Source of the DNA: Alphaproteobacteria bacterium
Lineage (GTDB): Bacteria > Pseudomonadota > Alphaproteobacteria > Bin95
Reading direction: 5' to 3'
Assembly: GCA_963665325.3 (NCBI GenBank)
Contig: CAXXWS020000002.1
Location: forward strand, 1 to 64,000
DNA: 64,000 nucleotides
Shown: positions 30,363-41,674 of the stretch, piece by piece
Numbering within the stretch: position 1 is the stretch's first letter
Layout: every line of letters starts with the position of its first letter
Translations under genes and position numbers: made by a program
The notes under the pieces: model-generated
The model's database searches: none
What the model was told of the DNA's origin: nothing
Seen by the model: only the letters and a program-made list of their open reading frames with translations

Positions 30363-31523
30363 ATGGTTATCCAAGCCCCCAGACCGGACGGCGCCACGGC
30401 CGCCCTGGCGCTCGCGGACGGCGCCGTGTTTTGGGGCCGGGGATTCGGCGCGGAAGGCGCGGCGGTCGGTGAAGTCTGCTTCAACACCTCGCCGACCGGC
30501 TATCAGGAGATCCTGACCGACCCCTCCTATGCCGGGCAGGTCGTTACCTTCACCTTCCCGCATATCGGCAATGTAGGCGCCAACAGCGAGGACATCGAGT
30601 CCGGCGTGCCGGCTGCGCGCGGGCTGGTGCTGCGCATGGACCCGACGGAACCCTCCAATTTCCGCGCGACGCGCCGGCTCGAAGACTGGCTGGCGAGCAG
30701 CGGCCTCGTCGGCGTCGCCGGCATCGACACGCGCGCACTGACCCGGCGCATCCGCGACGCCGGGGCGCCCAACGGCGTGGTCGTGCACGCGCGCGACGGG
30801 CACATGGATATCGAGGCCGTAGTCGCCCGCGCCGCCGCCTGGCCTGGCTTGGAGGGCATGGACCTTGCGCGGGAGGTCACCTGCCGGCAGACCTATCGCT
30901 GGGATGGGACTCCTTGGGCGCTCGGCACCGGCTACGGCCGGCTGGAGCGCCCGTCGCGCCATGTCGTCGCCGTCGATTACGGGGTCAAGCACAATATCCT
31001 GCGCTGCCTGGCGGAGCTCGGATCGGCAGTGACGGTCGTGCCTGCCGAAACGGCTGCGGACGCGATCCTCGCACTGGAGCCCGACGGCATATTCCTCGCC
31101 AACGGCCCCGGCGACCCGGCGGCCACGGCGGCCTATGCAGCCGGAACGGTCCGCGCCCTGGTGGAAAGCGGGAAACCGATCTTCGGCATCTGTCTCGGCC
31201 ACCAGATTCTGGCGCTGGCACTCGGCGCAAGCACGGCAAAAATGGCTATCGGCCATCGGGGCGCCAACCATCCGGTCAAGGACCTGGAGACCGGCAAGGT
31301 CGAAATTACCAGCCAGAACCATGGCTTCGCCGTGCTGAGGGAGAGCCTGCCGCCGGGCGTGGTCGAGACGCACCGGTCCCTGTTCGACGGATCGGTGGAA
31401 GGGTTGCGCGCAGAAGGCCGCCCGATCTTTTCGGTGCAGTACCACCCGGAGGCCTCCCCAGGACCGAGAGACGCCCATTATCTCTTCCGGCGTTTCACCG
31501 ACATGATGGACGCCCATGCCTAG
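30363..31523 (+). CDS. carA: Carbamoyl-phosphate synthase small subunit
   Basis: 'GEVCFNT..TGYQE.LTDPSY.GQ', 'GICLGHQ', 'ITSQNHGF', '[12 protein letters not shown]'. Confidence 0.97.
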   Translation: MVIQAPRPDGATAALALADGAVFWGRGFGAEGAAVGEVCFNTSPTGYQEILTDPSYAGQVVTFTFPHIGNVGANSEDIESGVPAARGLVLRMDPTEPSNFRATRRLEDWLASSGLVGVAGIDTRALTRRIRDAGAPNGVVVHARDGHMDIEAVVARAAAWPGLEGMDLAREVTCRQTYRWDGTPWALGTGYGRLERPSRHVVAVDYGVKHNILRCLAELGSAVTVVPAETAADAILALEPDGIFLANGPGDPAATAAYAAGTVRALVESGKPIFGICLGHQILALALGASTAKMAIGHRGANHPVKDLETGKVEITSQNHGFAVLRESLPPGVVETHRSLFDGSVEGLRAEGRPIFSVQYHPEASPGPRDAHYLFRRFTDMMDAHA

Positions 31524-34500
31524 ACGCACCGATATCGGCTCCATCCTCATCGTCGGGGCCGGTCCCATCGTCATCGGTCAGGCTTGCGAGTTCGACTATT
31601 CCGGGACCCAGGCCTGCAAGGCGCTGAGGGAAGAGGGCTACCGGATCGTCCTGGTCAACTCCAATCCCGCTACGATCATGACGGACCCGGACCTCGCCGA
31701 CGCGACCTATGTCGAGCCGATCACCCCCGAGTTCGTCGAGCGGGTCATCGAACGCGAGCGGCCCGATGCGCTGCTCGCGACCATGGGCGGGCAGACGGCG
31801 CTGAACACTGCCATGGCGCTTGCCGACAACGGCGCGCTCGATCGCTACGGGGTCGAACTCATCGGCGCCGACCGGACGGTGATCGCCAAGGCCGAGGATC
31901 GGGAGCTGTTTCGCGAGGCGATGCACGAGATCGGCCTCGAAACGCCGCGAGGCGCGCTGGTAGGCGACATGGACGCGGCGCGCCGCGCAATGCGGGAAAT
32001 CGGCCTGCCGCTGATCATCCGCCCGTCGTTCACGCTCGGCGGGACCGGCGGGGGCGTCGCCTTCAACCCGGAGGAATTCGAGAACATCGTCCAGGGCGGC
32101 CTGGACGCCTCGCCCGTCGGTGAGGTGCTGGTCGAGGAGTCTGTTCTCGGCTGGAAGGAATACGAGATGGAGGTAGTCCGCGACCGGGCGGACAACTGCA
32201 TCATCGTGTGCTCCATCGAGAACGTCGATCCGATGGGCGTGCATACCGGCGATTCGGTGACGGTCGCGCCGGCGCTGACGCTAACCGACAAGGAATACCA
32301 GCTGCTGCGCGACGCCTCGATCGCCTGCCTACGCAAGATCGGCGTCGATACCGGCGGCTCGAACGTCCAGTTCGCCGTCAATCCCGAGGACGGCCGGCTG
32401 GTCGTGATCGAGATGAATCCGCGCGTCTCGCGCTCATCGGCGCTTGCGTCGAAGGCGACAGGCTTTCCCATCGCTAAGGTCGCGGCCAGGCTCGCGGTCG
32501 GCTACACGCTCGACGAGCTGCAGAACGACATCACGCGCACGACGCCGGCCTCCTTCGAGCCGGTCATCGACTATGTCGTCACCAAGGTGCCGCGCTTCAC
32601 CTTCGAGAAGTTCCCGGGTGCGGAGCCGCTTCTCACAACCTCGATGAAATCGGTCGGCGAGGCGATGGCCATTGGGCGCTGTTTTGCGGAGTCGCTACAA
32701 AAGGCGCTGCGGTCCATGGAAACGGGGCTGACCGGGCTCAATGAGATCGAGATTCCCGGCGCACCGGCAGTGGACGACATCGTACAGCTTCTGTCTGAGC
32801 CCAGGCCCGACCGCCTGCTGGTGATTGCCCAGGCTTTCCGCCACGGCCTCGACCGGGAACGCATACGCCGGGCCTGCCAGTTCGATCCCTGGTTCCTGGA
32901 GCAGATCGAGGCGCTGGTGCGCGCGGAGGAGGAGTTGCGCGCTTCGGGCCTGCCGGAGACCGCGCAGGGCCTCCAGGCGGTCAAGCGCCTCGGCTTTTCG
33001 GACGCACGCCTCGGCGAATTGACGGGGCTTGCCGAGGCCGATGTTGCGGCCCGGCGCCGCGCGCTCGGCCTCGCGCCGGTTTACAAGCGCATCGACACCT
33101 GCGCCGCCGAATTCGCCTCCGCGACGCCCTATATGTATTCGACCTGGGAAGGCACGGGGCTGGTGCCTGCCGAGTGCGAGGCCGATCCAGCCGAGCGCCG
33201 GAAGATCATAATCCTCGGGGGCGGCCCCAACCGCATCGGGCAGGGCATCGAGTTCGACTATTGCTGCGTCCACGCCGTGTTCGCGCTCCGTGAGGCCGGC
33301 TATGAGACCATCATGGTCAATTGCAACCCGGAGACCGTTTCGACCGACTACGACACGGCGGACCGGCTCTATTTCGAGCCGCTGACGGCCGAGGACGTCA
33401 TCGAGATCGCCCGGGTCGAACGGGCGCGCGGCGAGCTGGTCGGCGCCGTGGTGCAATTTGGCGGCCAGACGCCGCTCAAGCTCGCTTCGGCGCTGGCGGA
33501 GGCCGGCATTCCGATTCTCGGCACCTCGCCCGACGCGATCGACCTCGCCGAGGACCGCGAACGTTTCCAGGGCCTGCTCTCGGAGTTGGGCCTCACCCAG
33601 CCCGAAAACGGCGTTGCCACCTCCGCCGGGGAAGCGGCCGCGATTGCCGGGCGGATCGGCTATCCGGTGTTGCTCCGGCCGTCCTATGTGCTGGGCGGGC
33701 GGGCGATGGAGATCGTCCATGACCGGGTTGCGCTCGACCGCTACATCCGGGTTGCGGTGGAGGTCTCGGGCACGAGCCCGGTGCTGGTGGACCGCTATCT
33801 GCGCGACGCGACCGAGGTCGATGTCGATGCGCTCTGCGACGGCCGGAACGTGGTCGTCGCCGGCGTGATGCAGCACATCGAGGAAGCGGGCGTGCATTCT
33901 GGCGATTCGGCCTGCTCGCTGCCGCCGCACTCGCTCATCCCCGGGACCGTCGCCGAGATCGAGCGCCAGACCGGGGCGCTGGCCCGCGCGCTCGGCGTGG
34001 TCGGCCTGATGAATGTGCAGTTCGCCGTCACGCACGGGCCGGAGGAAGACCGGATCTACATCCTGGAGGTGAATCCCCGCGCCAGCCGGACGGTTCCGTT
34101 CGTCGCCAAGGCCACGGGCATGCCGGTCGCCAAGATCGCTGCGCGGCTGATGGCAGGGGAGCCGCTCGCCGCGTTTCCCCGGCCGGTTGCGCGCGGGCAT
34201 ATCGCGGTCAAGGAAGCGGTCTTCCCCTTTGCGCGGTTCCCCGGCGTGGATACCGTGCTCGGTCCGGAGATGAAATCGACCGGCGAGGTGATGGGCATCG
34301 ACACGGATTTCGCCCGCGCTTACGCCAAGGCCCAGCTCGGCGCCGGCGTGACGCTCCCGGGCGGCGGCACGGCGTTCGTCTCGGTGCGCGACAGCGACAA
34401 GGCGGGCGCGGTCGAGGTCGCCCGGATGCTTGCCGCCAGCGGATTCCGGCTGATCGCGACCGGCGGCACGGCTCGCGTTCTCGAAGCCGAAGGGCTGGAA

Positions 34501-34773
34501 GTCCATGTCGTCAAGAAGGTGCTTGAAGGGCGGCCGCATATCGTGGACGCCATCAAGAGCGGCGAGGTGCAACTGGTCATCAACACGACGGAGGGCGTGG
34601 CCGCGCTCCGCGACAGCTACAGCCTGCGCCGAGAGACGCTGAACCGCCGCGTGCCTTACTTCACGACGCTTGCGGGCGCCCATGCCGCCGCCCGCGCCAT
34701 CGCTGCGGTCGAGGCCGCCCACCTTGAAGTAGCCCCCTTGCAGTCCTATTTTGATGGGTCGTTCCGGCTCTGA
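31516..34773 (+). CDS. carB: Carbamoyl-phosphate synthase large subunit
   Basis: '[17 protein letters not shown]', '[19 protein letters not shown]', '[15 protein letters not shown]'. Confidence 0.98.
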   Translation: MPRRTDIGSILIVGAGPIVIGQACEFDYSGTQACKALREEGYRIVLVNSNPATIMTDPDLADATYVEPITPEFVERVIERERPDALLATMGGQTALNTAMALADNGALDRYGVELIGADRTVIAKAEDRELFREAMHEIGLETPRGALVGDMDAARRAMREIGLPLIIRPSFTLGGTGGGVAFNPEEFENIVQGGLDASPVGEVLVEESVLGWKEYEMEVVRDRADNCIIVCSIENVDPMGVHTGDSVTVAPALTLTDKEYQLLRDASIACLRKIGVDTGGSNVQFAVNPEDGRLVVIEMNPRVSRSSALASKATGFPIAKVAARLAVGYTLDELQNDITRTTPASFEPVIDYVVTKVPRFTFEKFPGAEPLLTTSMKSVGEAMAIGRCFAESLQKALRSMETGLTGLNEIEIPGAPAVDDIVQLLSEPRPDRLLVIAQAFRHGLDRERIRRACQFDPWFLEQIEALVRAEEELRASGLPETAQGLQAVKRLGFSDARLGELTGLAEADVAARRRALGLAPVYKRIDTCAAEFASATPYMYSTWEGTGLVPAECEADPAERRKIIILGGGPNRIGQGIEFDYCCVHAVFALREAGYETIMVNCNPETVSTDYDTADRLYFEPLTAEDVIEIARVERARGELVGAVVQFGGQTPLKLASALAEAGIPILGTSPDAIDLAEDRERFQGLLSELGLTQPENGVATSAGEAAAIAGRIGYPVLLRPSYVLGGRAMEIVHDRVALDRYIRVAVEVSGTSPVLVDRYLRDATEVDVDALCDGRNVVVAGVMQHIEEAGVHSGDSACSLPPHSLIPGTVAEIERQTGALARALGVVGLMNVQFAVTHGPEEDRIYILEVNPRASRTVPFVAKATGMPVAKIAARLMAGEPLAAFPRPVARGHIAVKEAVFPFARFPGVDTVLGPEMKSTGEVMGIDTDFARAYAKAQLGAGVTLPGGGTAFVSVRDSDKAGAVEVARMLAASGFRLIATGGTARVLEAEGLEVHVVKKVLEGRPHIVDAIKSGEVQLVINTTEGVAALRDSYSLRRETLNRRVPYFTTLAGAHAAARAIAAVEAAHLEVAPLQSYFDGSFRL

Positions 34774-34796
34774 TTCGATGTTTTGCGCAAGGGAAA

Positions 34797-35279
34797 ATGG
34801 CTGAGATGGACAAGGTGCCGATGACGCCCGAAGGCTATCGCCGGCTGGAGGAGGAATTGCGCCGCCTGAGGACCGTCGAGCGGCCTGCCGTCGTCCGGGC
34901 GATTGCCCAGGCGCGCGAGCACGGGGACCTTTCCGAAAACGCCGAATACCACGCGGCCCGCGAGCGGCAGTCCTTCATCGAGGGCCGTATGGCGGAGCTT
35001 GAGGACAAGGTCTCCCGGGCCGAGGTGATCGACCCGGCCCAGGTCTCGGGCGACAAGGTGATGTTCAGCGCGCAGGTGACCGTGGTGGACGAGGAGAACG
35101 ACGAGGAAGCCAGCTACCGCATCGTCGGCCAGGACGAGAGCGATATTGCGGAGGGCCGCCTCTCGGTCGCTTCGCCGATGGCGCGCGCGATGATCGGTAA
35201 GTCGGTCGGCGACCAGATCGAGGTCGATGCTCCGGGCGGGGCGCGCTACTACGAAATCGTGAAGATCGACTACGCCTGA
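34797..35279 (+). CDS. greA: Transcription elongation factor GreA
   Basis: 'AREHGDLSENAEYHAARE.Q', 'SPMARAMIGK'. Confidence 0.97.
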   Translation: MAEMDKVPMTPEGYRRLEEELRRLRTVERPAVVRAIAQAREHGDLSENAEYHAARERQSFIEGRMAELEDKVSRAEVIDPAQVSGDKVMFSAQVTVVDEENDEEASYRIVGQDESDIAEGRLSVASPMARAMIGKSVGDQIEVDAPGGARYYEIVKIDYA

Positions 35280-35298
35280 GCCGGCGGCGCGGGACCCC

Positions 35299-37572
35299 GT
35301 GTCCTCCGGCGCGAGAGGAACGGTCGGCCGGCCGGTCGTCCGCAAGGAGGACTTCCGCCTGCTGACAGGGCAGGGGCGGTTCACCGACGACGTGGCGCGC
35401 CAGGACGGCGAAGCGGCGATGCATATCCTGCGGAGCCCGCATGCCCACGCCCGCATCCGCAGCATCGACACGAGTGCCGCGCAGGCCATGCCCGGCGTGC
35501 TGGCGGTGCTGACCGGCCTCGATGCGCGCGCCGAAGGCTTTGCCGACATTCCGCACGATCCTCTTCCCAAGACGCGCAACGACCTGGCGCTGACCGGCCC
35601 CGGCGGCTCGGAGGTCTTTATCGGTGCTCATCCGCTGCTGCCGCGTGACAAGGCGCGCTATGTCGGCGAGGCGGTTGCGGCGGTGGTTGCCGGGACGCCG
35701 GCGCTCGCTGCCGATGCAGCGGAGCGGATCGGTGTCGATTGGGAGCCTCTGCCGGCCGTGACGGACACCCGCGAGGCGGCGGCGTCCGGTTCGCCGCTCG
35801 TCTGGGACGGCCGCGCGGACAATGTGCTGGTCGATTGCCGATTCGGAGATGAGGAGCGCGTAGCGGCGGCCTTCGCCCGCGCCGCGCATGTCGTCGAGTT
35901 CGAGGCGCATTTGCCGAGGGTTGCCGGCGCGCCGCTGGAGCCCCGCGCGGCCCTTGGGACATTCGATGCCGGGACCGGGCGTTACACCCTTTACGCCGGC
36001 TCGGGCGGCGCGGTGCGCCACAAGGGAGAACTGGCGGTGGTGCTCGGAATCGACCCCGACCGGCTGCGGGTTGTCTGTGGCGATGTCGGCGGCAATTTCG
36101 GGGTGCGCAACCGCGTCTATGTCGAGTTCGGCATCGTGTTGTGGGCGGCCCGACTGACCGGAAGGCCGGTGCGCTGGGTCGCCAGCCGGTCCGAGGCGAT
36201 GGTGAGCGACTACCAGGGCCGCGACCTGGTTTCCCGCGCGGCGCTCGCGCTCGATGCGAACGGGCGCTTCCTCGCCTTGAAGGCGGACAATATCTCCAAT
36301 GTGGGCGCACGCTGCGTCTCCCTCTCTCCGCTCGGCAAGGGCGCCATTCTGGTGACCGGCTCCTACGACATTCCGGCGGCGGCCCTGCGCGCGCGGGCGG
36401 TGTTCAGCCATACCGTGCCGACTCAGGCCTACCGCTCTTCCGGGCGCCCGGAAGTCTGCTTCGTCATAGAGCGGCTGGTGGACAGTGCGGCGCGCAAGCT
36501 GGGTGTGGACCCGGCGGCGCTGCGCCGCACGAACCTCGTGCGCTCCTTCCCTTACCGGAATGCGCTGGGTGCGGTTTATGACAGCGGTGACTACGAAGCG
36601 GCTCTGGGCAAGGCGCTCGCGCTCTCCGATGAAGCGGGCTTTCCGGTCCGGAAGGCGGCGGCGGAAGCGCGCGGCCGCAGGTACGGGCGCGGTATCGCGC
36701 ATTATGTCGAATCCTCTATCGGGTCGCCGCGCGAACAGGCCGAACTGGTCCTCGCCGGAGACGGCCGGCTGCAAGTGCTGATCGGGACGCAGCCGAGCGG
36801 ACAGGGCCACGAAACCGCCTTTGCACAGGTGGCGGCGGACGCGCTCGGCATCCCCTTCGAACGCATCGACGTGGTGACGGGTGACACTGATCTCATCCAT
36901 ATCGGCGGGGGCTCGCATTCGGGCCGGTCGATGCGCATGGCGGGCGAGGTCATCCGGCTGGCGGCCGAAGACCTCATCGAAGCCGCGCGCCCGGTCGCCG
37001 CGCGCCGGCTGGCGAGCAACGATATCGCCTACCGGGCCGGCGGTTTCGACGGGCCGTCGGGACGGGTCGAGCTGGTTGCGCTCGGGCCGCTCGGCGTGCG
37101 GCGCGAAAACCTGTTCGAGCCGGCGGTCTATCCGAACGGCTGCCATGTCGCCGAGGTCGAAATCGATCCCGGGACGGGGGCCGTGCGTCTCGCACGCTAC
37201 GCTGCCGTCGACGATGTGGGCCGGGCGGTCAACCCGATGATCGTCGAGGGCCAGACCCACGGCGCCGCCGTGCAGGGTATCGGCCAGGCGCTGCTGGAGG
37301 AGGTCGTCTGGGATGGAGCCGGCCAGCCGCTTGCAGGCTCCTTCATGGACTATGCGATGCCGCGCGCGGACGACCTGCCGGCCTTCGCGGTCGCCCTCCA
37401 CGAAATTCCGTCGCCCACCAATGCGCTCGGCGTCAAGGCAGGGGGCGAGGGCGGGGCGGTGCCGGCGCCCGCTGCTGTCTTCAACGCCGTGGACGACGCG
37501 TTCGGCAGCGCGAATGCCCTTCCGATGCCGCTCGGCCGCCATTTTCGGCCTGCGCCCGCGAAGGACGAATGA
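35299..37572 (+). CDS. Xanthine dehydrogenase/CoxL-family molybdopterin-binding subunit
   Basis: 'RKEDFRLLTGQGRFTDD', 'RSPHAHARI', 'DVGGNFG', 'AYRSSGRPE', 'GQGHET', 'GSFMDYAMPRA', 'GVKAGGEG'. Confidence 0.92.
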   Translation: MSSGARGTVGRPVVRKEDFRLLTGQGRFTDDVARQDGEAAMHILRSPHAHARIRSIDTSAAQAMPGVLAVLTGLDARAEGFADIPHDPLPKTRNDLALTGPGGSEVFIGAHPLLPRDKARYVGEAVAAVVAGTPALAADAAERIGVDWEPLPAVTDTREAAASGSPLVWDGRADNVLVDCRFGDEERVAAAFARAAHVVEFEAHLPRVAGAPLEPRAALGTFDAGTGRYTLYAGSGGAVRHKGELAVVLGIDPDRLRVVCGDVGGNFGVRNRVYVEFGIVLWAARLTGRPVRWVASRSEAMVSDYQGRDLVSRAALALDANGRFLALKADNISNVGARCVSLSPLGKGAILVTGSYDIPAAALRARAVFSHTVPTQAYRSSGRPEVCFVIERLVDSAARKLGVDPAALRRTNLVRSFPYRNALGAVYDSGDYEAALGKALALSDEAGFPVRKAAAEARGRRYGRGIAHYVESSIGSPREQAELVLAGDGRLQVLIGTQPSGQGHETAFAQVAADALGIPFERIDVVTGDTDLIHIGGGSHSGRSMRMAGEVIRLAAEDLIEAARPVAARRLASNDIAYRAGGFDGPSGRVELVALGPLGVRRENLFEPAVYPNGCHVAEVEIDPGTGAVRLARYAAVDDVGRAVNPMIVEGQTHGAAVQGIGQALLEEVVWDGAGQPLAGSFMDYAMPRADDLPAFAVALHEIPSPTNALGVKAGGEGGAVPAPAAVFNAVDDAFGSANALPMPLGRHFRPAPAKDE

Positions 37573-37722
37573 CCGGGGAGGACGATGTTGCATTTCGCGG
37601 TCGCGGGGCCGCACCCTTACCCTCGTTTCGTGGGAGACCATGAACGCGTCGGCAATGCTACAAATGCCGGACGGGCGAACGGATCGTACCGGGCGCCTGC
37701 AACCGGAAAGGAGAGGCCGGAC

Positions 37723-38763
37723 GTGTTTACCGACCGCATAGAGGAACGCTGGATCGCCGCGTTCGACACCGTCTTCGGCCTGTGCAAGGTCGAGAAGGGC
37801 GAGGAAGTCGCGATCCTTTCGGAAACCCAGTCGCGGCGGCTCAATGTCGAACTGGCCGAACTCGCGCTGCTCCGGCGCGGCGCGCGGCCGTTCCATGTCA
37901 CGGTCGTTTCCCCGCCGCAGACCGCCCCCGTGCCGGTGCGCTCGACCGGCTCGTCGGCCGCTCTGCAGGGGCTGGGCCCGGCGATCAGGGCGCTTGCCGC
38001 CAGTTCGCTCGTCGTCGATGTGACGGTGGAGGGGATGCTCCATGCGCCGGAGCTTCCTGAAATCATCTCGGAGGGCGCGCGGCTCCTGATGGTCAGCAAC
38101 GAGCACCCGGATGCCCTGGAACGCCTGTTGCCCGACCCGGCGCTCACCGAGCGCGTCAAGGCGGCGGTCAAGCAGGTTCGGGCGGCGAAGGAGATGCGCG
38201 TGACCTCCGCCGCCGGCTCCGACCTCACCGTCGCGCTGGAGGGCGCGCCGAGCGCCGGAGTCTGGGGCTATTGCGACCGGCCGAGGACGGTCGCCCACTG
38301 GCCGGGCGGCATCGTCGTCGCTTTTCCTCCCGCCGGCTCCGTCCAGGGCCGGCTGGTGCTCGATACAGGCGACGTCAACCTGACCTTCAAGCGTTACCTG
38401 GAAGCACCAGTGGCGCTCACCATCGAGGACGACTACGTCACCGCCATCGAGGGCGAGGGCACCGATGCCGAGCTTTTCCGGCGCTACTGGGCTGCCTGGG
38501 ACGACCGTAACGCCTACGCCGCCTCGCATGTCGGATGGGGGCTGAACGAGGCGGCCCGCTACGAGGCGCTCGCCATGTATGACCAACGGGACTTCAACGG
38601 CACCGAAATCCGCGCGTTTGCCGGAAATTTCCTCTACTCGACCGGCGCCAACGAGTTCGCCAACCGCCACACGCTGGGTCATTTCGACCTGCCGATGCGG
38701 AACTGCACGGTGAGTCTCGACGGGGTGAACGTCGTCGAGGCCGGCCGGCTGGTCGACGCCTGA
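37723..38763 (+). CDS. NicX-like 2,5-dihydroxypyridine dioxygenase / peptidase-M29-fold protein
   Basis: 'GMLHAPELPEI...R.LM.SNEHP', 'HWPGG', 'SHVGWGLN..AR', 'RAFAGNFLYSTGAN...RHT.GHFDLPMR.CT'; GTG start after AGGAG. Confidence 0.75.
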   Translation: MFTDRIEERWIAAFDTVFGLCKVEKGEEVAILSETQSRRLNVELAELALLRRGARPFHVTVVSPPQTAPVPVRSTGSSAALQGLGPAIRALAASSLVVDVTVEGMLHAPELPEIISEGARLLMVSNEHPDALERLLPDPALTERVKAAVKQVRAAKEMRVTSAAGSDLTVALEGAPSAGVWGYCDRPRTVAHWPGGIVVAFPPAGSVQGRLVLDTGDVNLTFKRYLEAPVALTIEDDYVTAIEGEGTDAELFRRYWAAWDDRNAYAASHVGWGLNEAARYEALAMYDQRDFNGTEIRAFAGNFLYSTGANEFANRHTLGHFDLPMRNCTVSLDGVNVVEAGRLVDA

Positions 38764-38782
38764 ACCAACGGGGGCATGACGC

Positions 38783-40039
38783 ATGGCTTCCAGGACCGAG
38801 CGGCGCGATGCGCCGATGTTCGACCCCGACTATTACGGGCTCACTGACGAACAGGCGGCGCTCTGCACGGCGGCCCGGGAGCTCGGCGAGGACAGGTTTG
38901 CGGCGCGCGCCGAGGAGTGGGACCGCGACGCGATCTTCCCGATGGCGAACTACAGGGACCTCCACGAGACGGGCCTGCTGGCGGTGTGCGTGCCGAAGGG
39001 GCACGGCGGGCACGGCGCCGACCTCAAGACCTATTCGCTGATGGCGGCGGAGATCGGCCGTTACTGCGGCTCGACGGCACTCACCTTCAACATGCATGTG
39101 AGCTCCTGCCTGTGGACCGGGGCGCTTGCCGACGACCTGCGGATGACCCGTGAGCAGCGGGACGAGCACAACCAGCGGCGCGCGATCCACTACGCCCGGA
39201 TCGTCGAGAAGGGGGCGATCTACGCCCAGCCGTTTTCCGAGGGCGGCGCGGCGGCCGCCGGCTTCCGGCCGTTCGGCACGCTGGCCGACCGGGTCGAGGA
39301 CGGTTGGGTGATAAACGGCAAGAAGATCTTCGCCTCGCTCGCCGGCTCGGCGGACTATTACGGCGTGCTCTGCACCGAGAAGAAGGAGAACCTGAGCCGC
39401 CGCGACACGATGTATTTCGCCGTCCCCGCCGATGCGGAGGGTGTGAGCGTGGTCGGCGACTGGGACCCGCTCGGCATGCGCGGGACGGTCTCGCGCAACC
39501 TCCTGTTCGAAAACGTGTTTGTGCCGGACGACGCGGCGCTGATGCCGAAGGGGATCTATTTCAAGGCGGCGACCCGCTGGCCGCACATGTTCACCACGCT
39601 CACCCCGAGCTACATGGGGATCGCTCAGGCGGCATACGATTTCACCGTCCGCTACCTGCGCGGCGAGGTGCCCGGCACGCCGCCGGTCAAGCGGCGCATG
39701 TACCCGACCAAGCAGCACGCCGTCGCGGAAATGCTGATCGCGCTGGAGCAGGCCAAGGCGCTCTGGTTCCAGATGCTCGGCGAGGCCCGCGCGAACCCGT
39801 CCAAGGCGTCGGTGCTCCGGGCCTACTGCACCCAGTACACGGTGATGGAGACGGCCAACGACCTCTGCCAGAAGGCGATCCGCACCTGCGGCGGGCAGTC
39901 GATGCTGAAGAGCCTGCCGCTGGAGCGGCTCTACCGGGACAGCCGCTGCGGATCGCTGATGCTGCCATGGACGGCGGAGCTGTGCATCGACAAGCTCGGC
40001 CGCGAGGCCCTCTACGAGCGCGGCGAGGACGATGAATGA
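38783..40039 (+). CDS. Acyl-CoA dehydrogenase-fold flavoprotein
   Basis: 'INGKKIFASLAG.AD', 'WDPLGMRGTVS', 'LERLYRDSRCG'. Confidence 0.9.
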   Translation: MASRTERRDAPMFDPDYYGLTDEQAALCTAARELGEDRFAARAEEWDRDAIFPMANYRDLHETGLLAVCVPKGHGGHGADLKTYSLMAAEIGRYCGSTALTFNMHVSSCLWTGALADDLRMTREQRDEHNQRRAIHYARIVEKGAIYAQPFSEGGAAAAGFRPFGTLADRVEDGWVINGKKIFASLAGSADYYGVLCTEKKENLSRRDTMYFAVPADAEGVSVVGDWDPLGMRGTVSRNLLFENVFVPDDAALMPKGIYFKAATRWPHMFTTLTPSYMGIAQAAYDFTVRYLRGEVPGTPPVKRRMYPTKQHAVAEMLIALEQAKALWFQMLGEARANPSKASVLRAYCTQYTVMETANDLCQKAIRTCGGQSMLKSLPLERLYRDSRCGSLMLPWTAELCIDKLGREALYERGEDDE

Positions 40040-41532
40040 ACGACCTGTCCGCGTGGGTCGAGAAGAACGCAGCTTTCGCCCCGTCGAAGACCGCGATCCG
40101 CTTCGAGGGCGAGGACATCGACTATGCCCGTTTCGCGATGACGGTTCGCAGCCATGCGTGGGCGCTGGAGACCGTGCATGGCGTCGAGCGCGGCGACCGG
40201 GTCGCGTTCCTCGGCTTCAACAGCCCGGCGATGCTGGCGCTGTTCTTCGCCTGCGCGCGGATCGGCGCGATGTTCTCGCCGCTCAACTGGCGCCTGGCGG
40301 CGCCGGAACTCGCCTATATCCTCGGCGACTCCGCGCCCCGGATCCTGGTCGCTGACGGTGACCACGCGGACCTCGCGCGCGAGGCGGCTGCGGATTGCCC
40401 GGACACCGCCATCGTTCCAGTGGACAGGATCGCCCGGGACGCGGAGGGGGCAGCGGGCGAAGACCTCGACCGCGGGGCCGGGCCGGAGACTCCCTGCCTG
40501 CTGGTTTACACCTCGGGCACAACGGGCCACCCCAAGGGCGCGGTGCTCGACCAGCAGGCGATCCAGGTCAACGCTCTCAACTGCATTCACTATGCCGGGC
40601 TGACCGACGCCGACCGCGTTCTGACGGTGTTGCCGATGTTTCATGTGGGCGGGCTCAACATCCTCACCTCGCCTGCCTTCTATGTCGGGGGGACGGTGAT
40701 CCTGCACCGCCGATTCGAACCCGAGGCGACGCTCCGCGCGATCGTCGAGGAGCGCCCGACGCAACTCGTCCTGGTCCCGGCGACAATCCAGGCGGCGATC
40801 GACCATCCGGATTGGGCGGATACGGACCTTTCCAGCCTCCGGCTGCTCACCACCGGCTCCTCCATCGTGCCGCTGCATCTGATCGACGCGGTGCAGGCGC
40901 GCGGCATTCCCGTATGCCAGACCTACGGGCTGACGGAGACCGCTCCGGTCTCGATCTACCAGAAGCCCGGCGACGGCTTGCGCAAGCCCCGCTCGACCGG
41001 GAAATGCGGGCTCCACTGCGAGATGAAGATCGCCGACGACGACGGCAACGAAGTCCCGGTCGGCACCTCCGGCGAAATCCTGATCCGGGGCGGCAACGTC
41101 CTTCGCGAATACTGGAACAACGAGGAGGAGACGCGCCGCGCGCTCAAGGACGGCTGGTTCCATACCGGCGACGTGGCTTACCGCGACGAAGAGGGCGACG
41201 TGTTCGTTATCGACCGCAAGAAGGACATCGTGATCTCGGGCGGGGAGAACATCTACCCGGCGGAGATCGAGCAGTTGATCCATCGGATGGACGACATCGC
41301 GGATGTGGCGGTAGTGGGACGCGAGGACGCGAGGTGGGGCGAGGTGCCGGTAGCCGTCATCGTCCCCGCCCCGGGCGCGAGGATCGCGGCATCGGAGTTT
41401 CTCGCCCGCTTCGAGGGCCGGATCGCCCGCTTCAAGCACCCCAAGGACGTGCTGTTCCTCGACGCGCTCCCGAGGAACGCGATGGGCAAGACCCGCAAGC
41501 ACGAGCTGAGGGAGAGGGTGAAGCGGCGTTAG
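40036..41532 (+). CDS. AMP-forming acyl-CoA ligase
   Basis: 'YTSGTTGHPKG', 'YGLTET', 'GWFHTGD', 'ISGGENIYPAEIE', 'LPRNAMGK'. Confidence 0.93.
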   Translation: MNDLSAWVEKNAAFAPSKTAIRFEGEDIDYARFAMTVRSHAWALETVHGVERGDRVAFLGFNSPAMLALFFACARIGAMFSPLNWRLAAPELAYILGDSAPRILVADGDHADLAREAAADCPDTAIVPVDRIARDAEGAAGEDLDRGAGPETPCLLVYTSGTTGHPKGAVLDQQAIQVNALNCIHYAGLTDADRVLTVLPMFHVGGLNILTSPAFYVGGTVILHRRFEPEATLRAIVEERPTQLVLVPATIQAAIDHPDWADTDLSSLRLLTTGSSIVPLHLIDAVQARGIPVCQTYGLTETAPVSIYQKPGDGLRKPRSTGKCGLHCEMKIADDDGNEVPVGTSGEILIRGGNVLREYWNNEEETRRALKDGWFHTGDVAYRDEEGDVFVIDRKKDIVISGGENIYPAEIEQLIHRMDDIADVAVVGREDARWGEVPVAVIVPAPGARIAASEFLARFEGRIARFKHPKDVLFLDALPRNAMGKTRKHELRERVKRR

Positions 41533-41674
41533 ACACCCCGGTTCCTGATTGATGGGTTAGGCGTGCTTCGCCGTAAGCCTCGATGCATGACGGCATCTGC
41601 CGATGGCTGCCGCGGGCGGACAGTGTTGAAAAACCGTTACTCCCGGCCCGATGGCGCCGGATACCGCACTACCC

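Noticed and set aside
35299-37572. Aerobic CO dehydrogenase large subunit (coxL form I)
   Set aside because: The active-site loop is AYRSSGR rather than AYxCSFR, and no coxM/coxS or accessory genes are adjacent.
35065-38784. Very long antisense ORFs (also 59867-63703, 5955-8249, 10304-12406, 32695-34722)
   Set aside because: These are shadow frames opposite well-supported genes, expected at this GC content, with no recognisable motifs.
41618-41636. ACAGTGTTGAAAAAC resembling an IS terminal inverted repeat
   Set aside because: Single short match with no partner repeat or transposase remnant.
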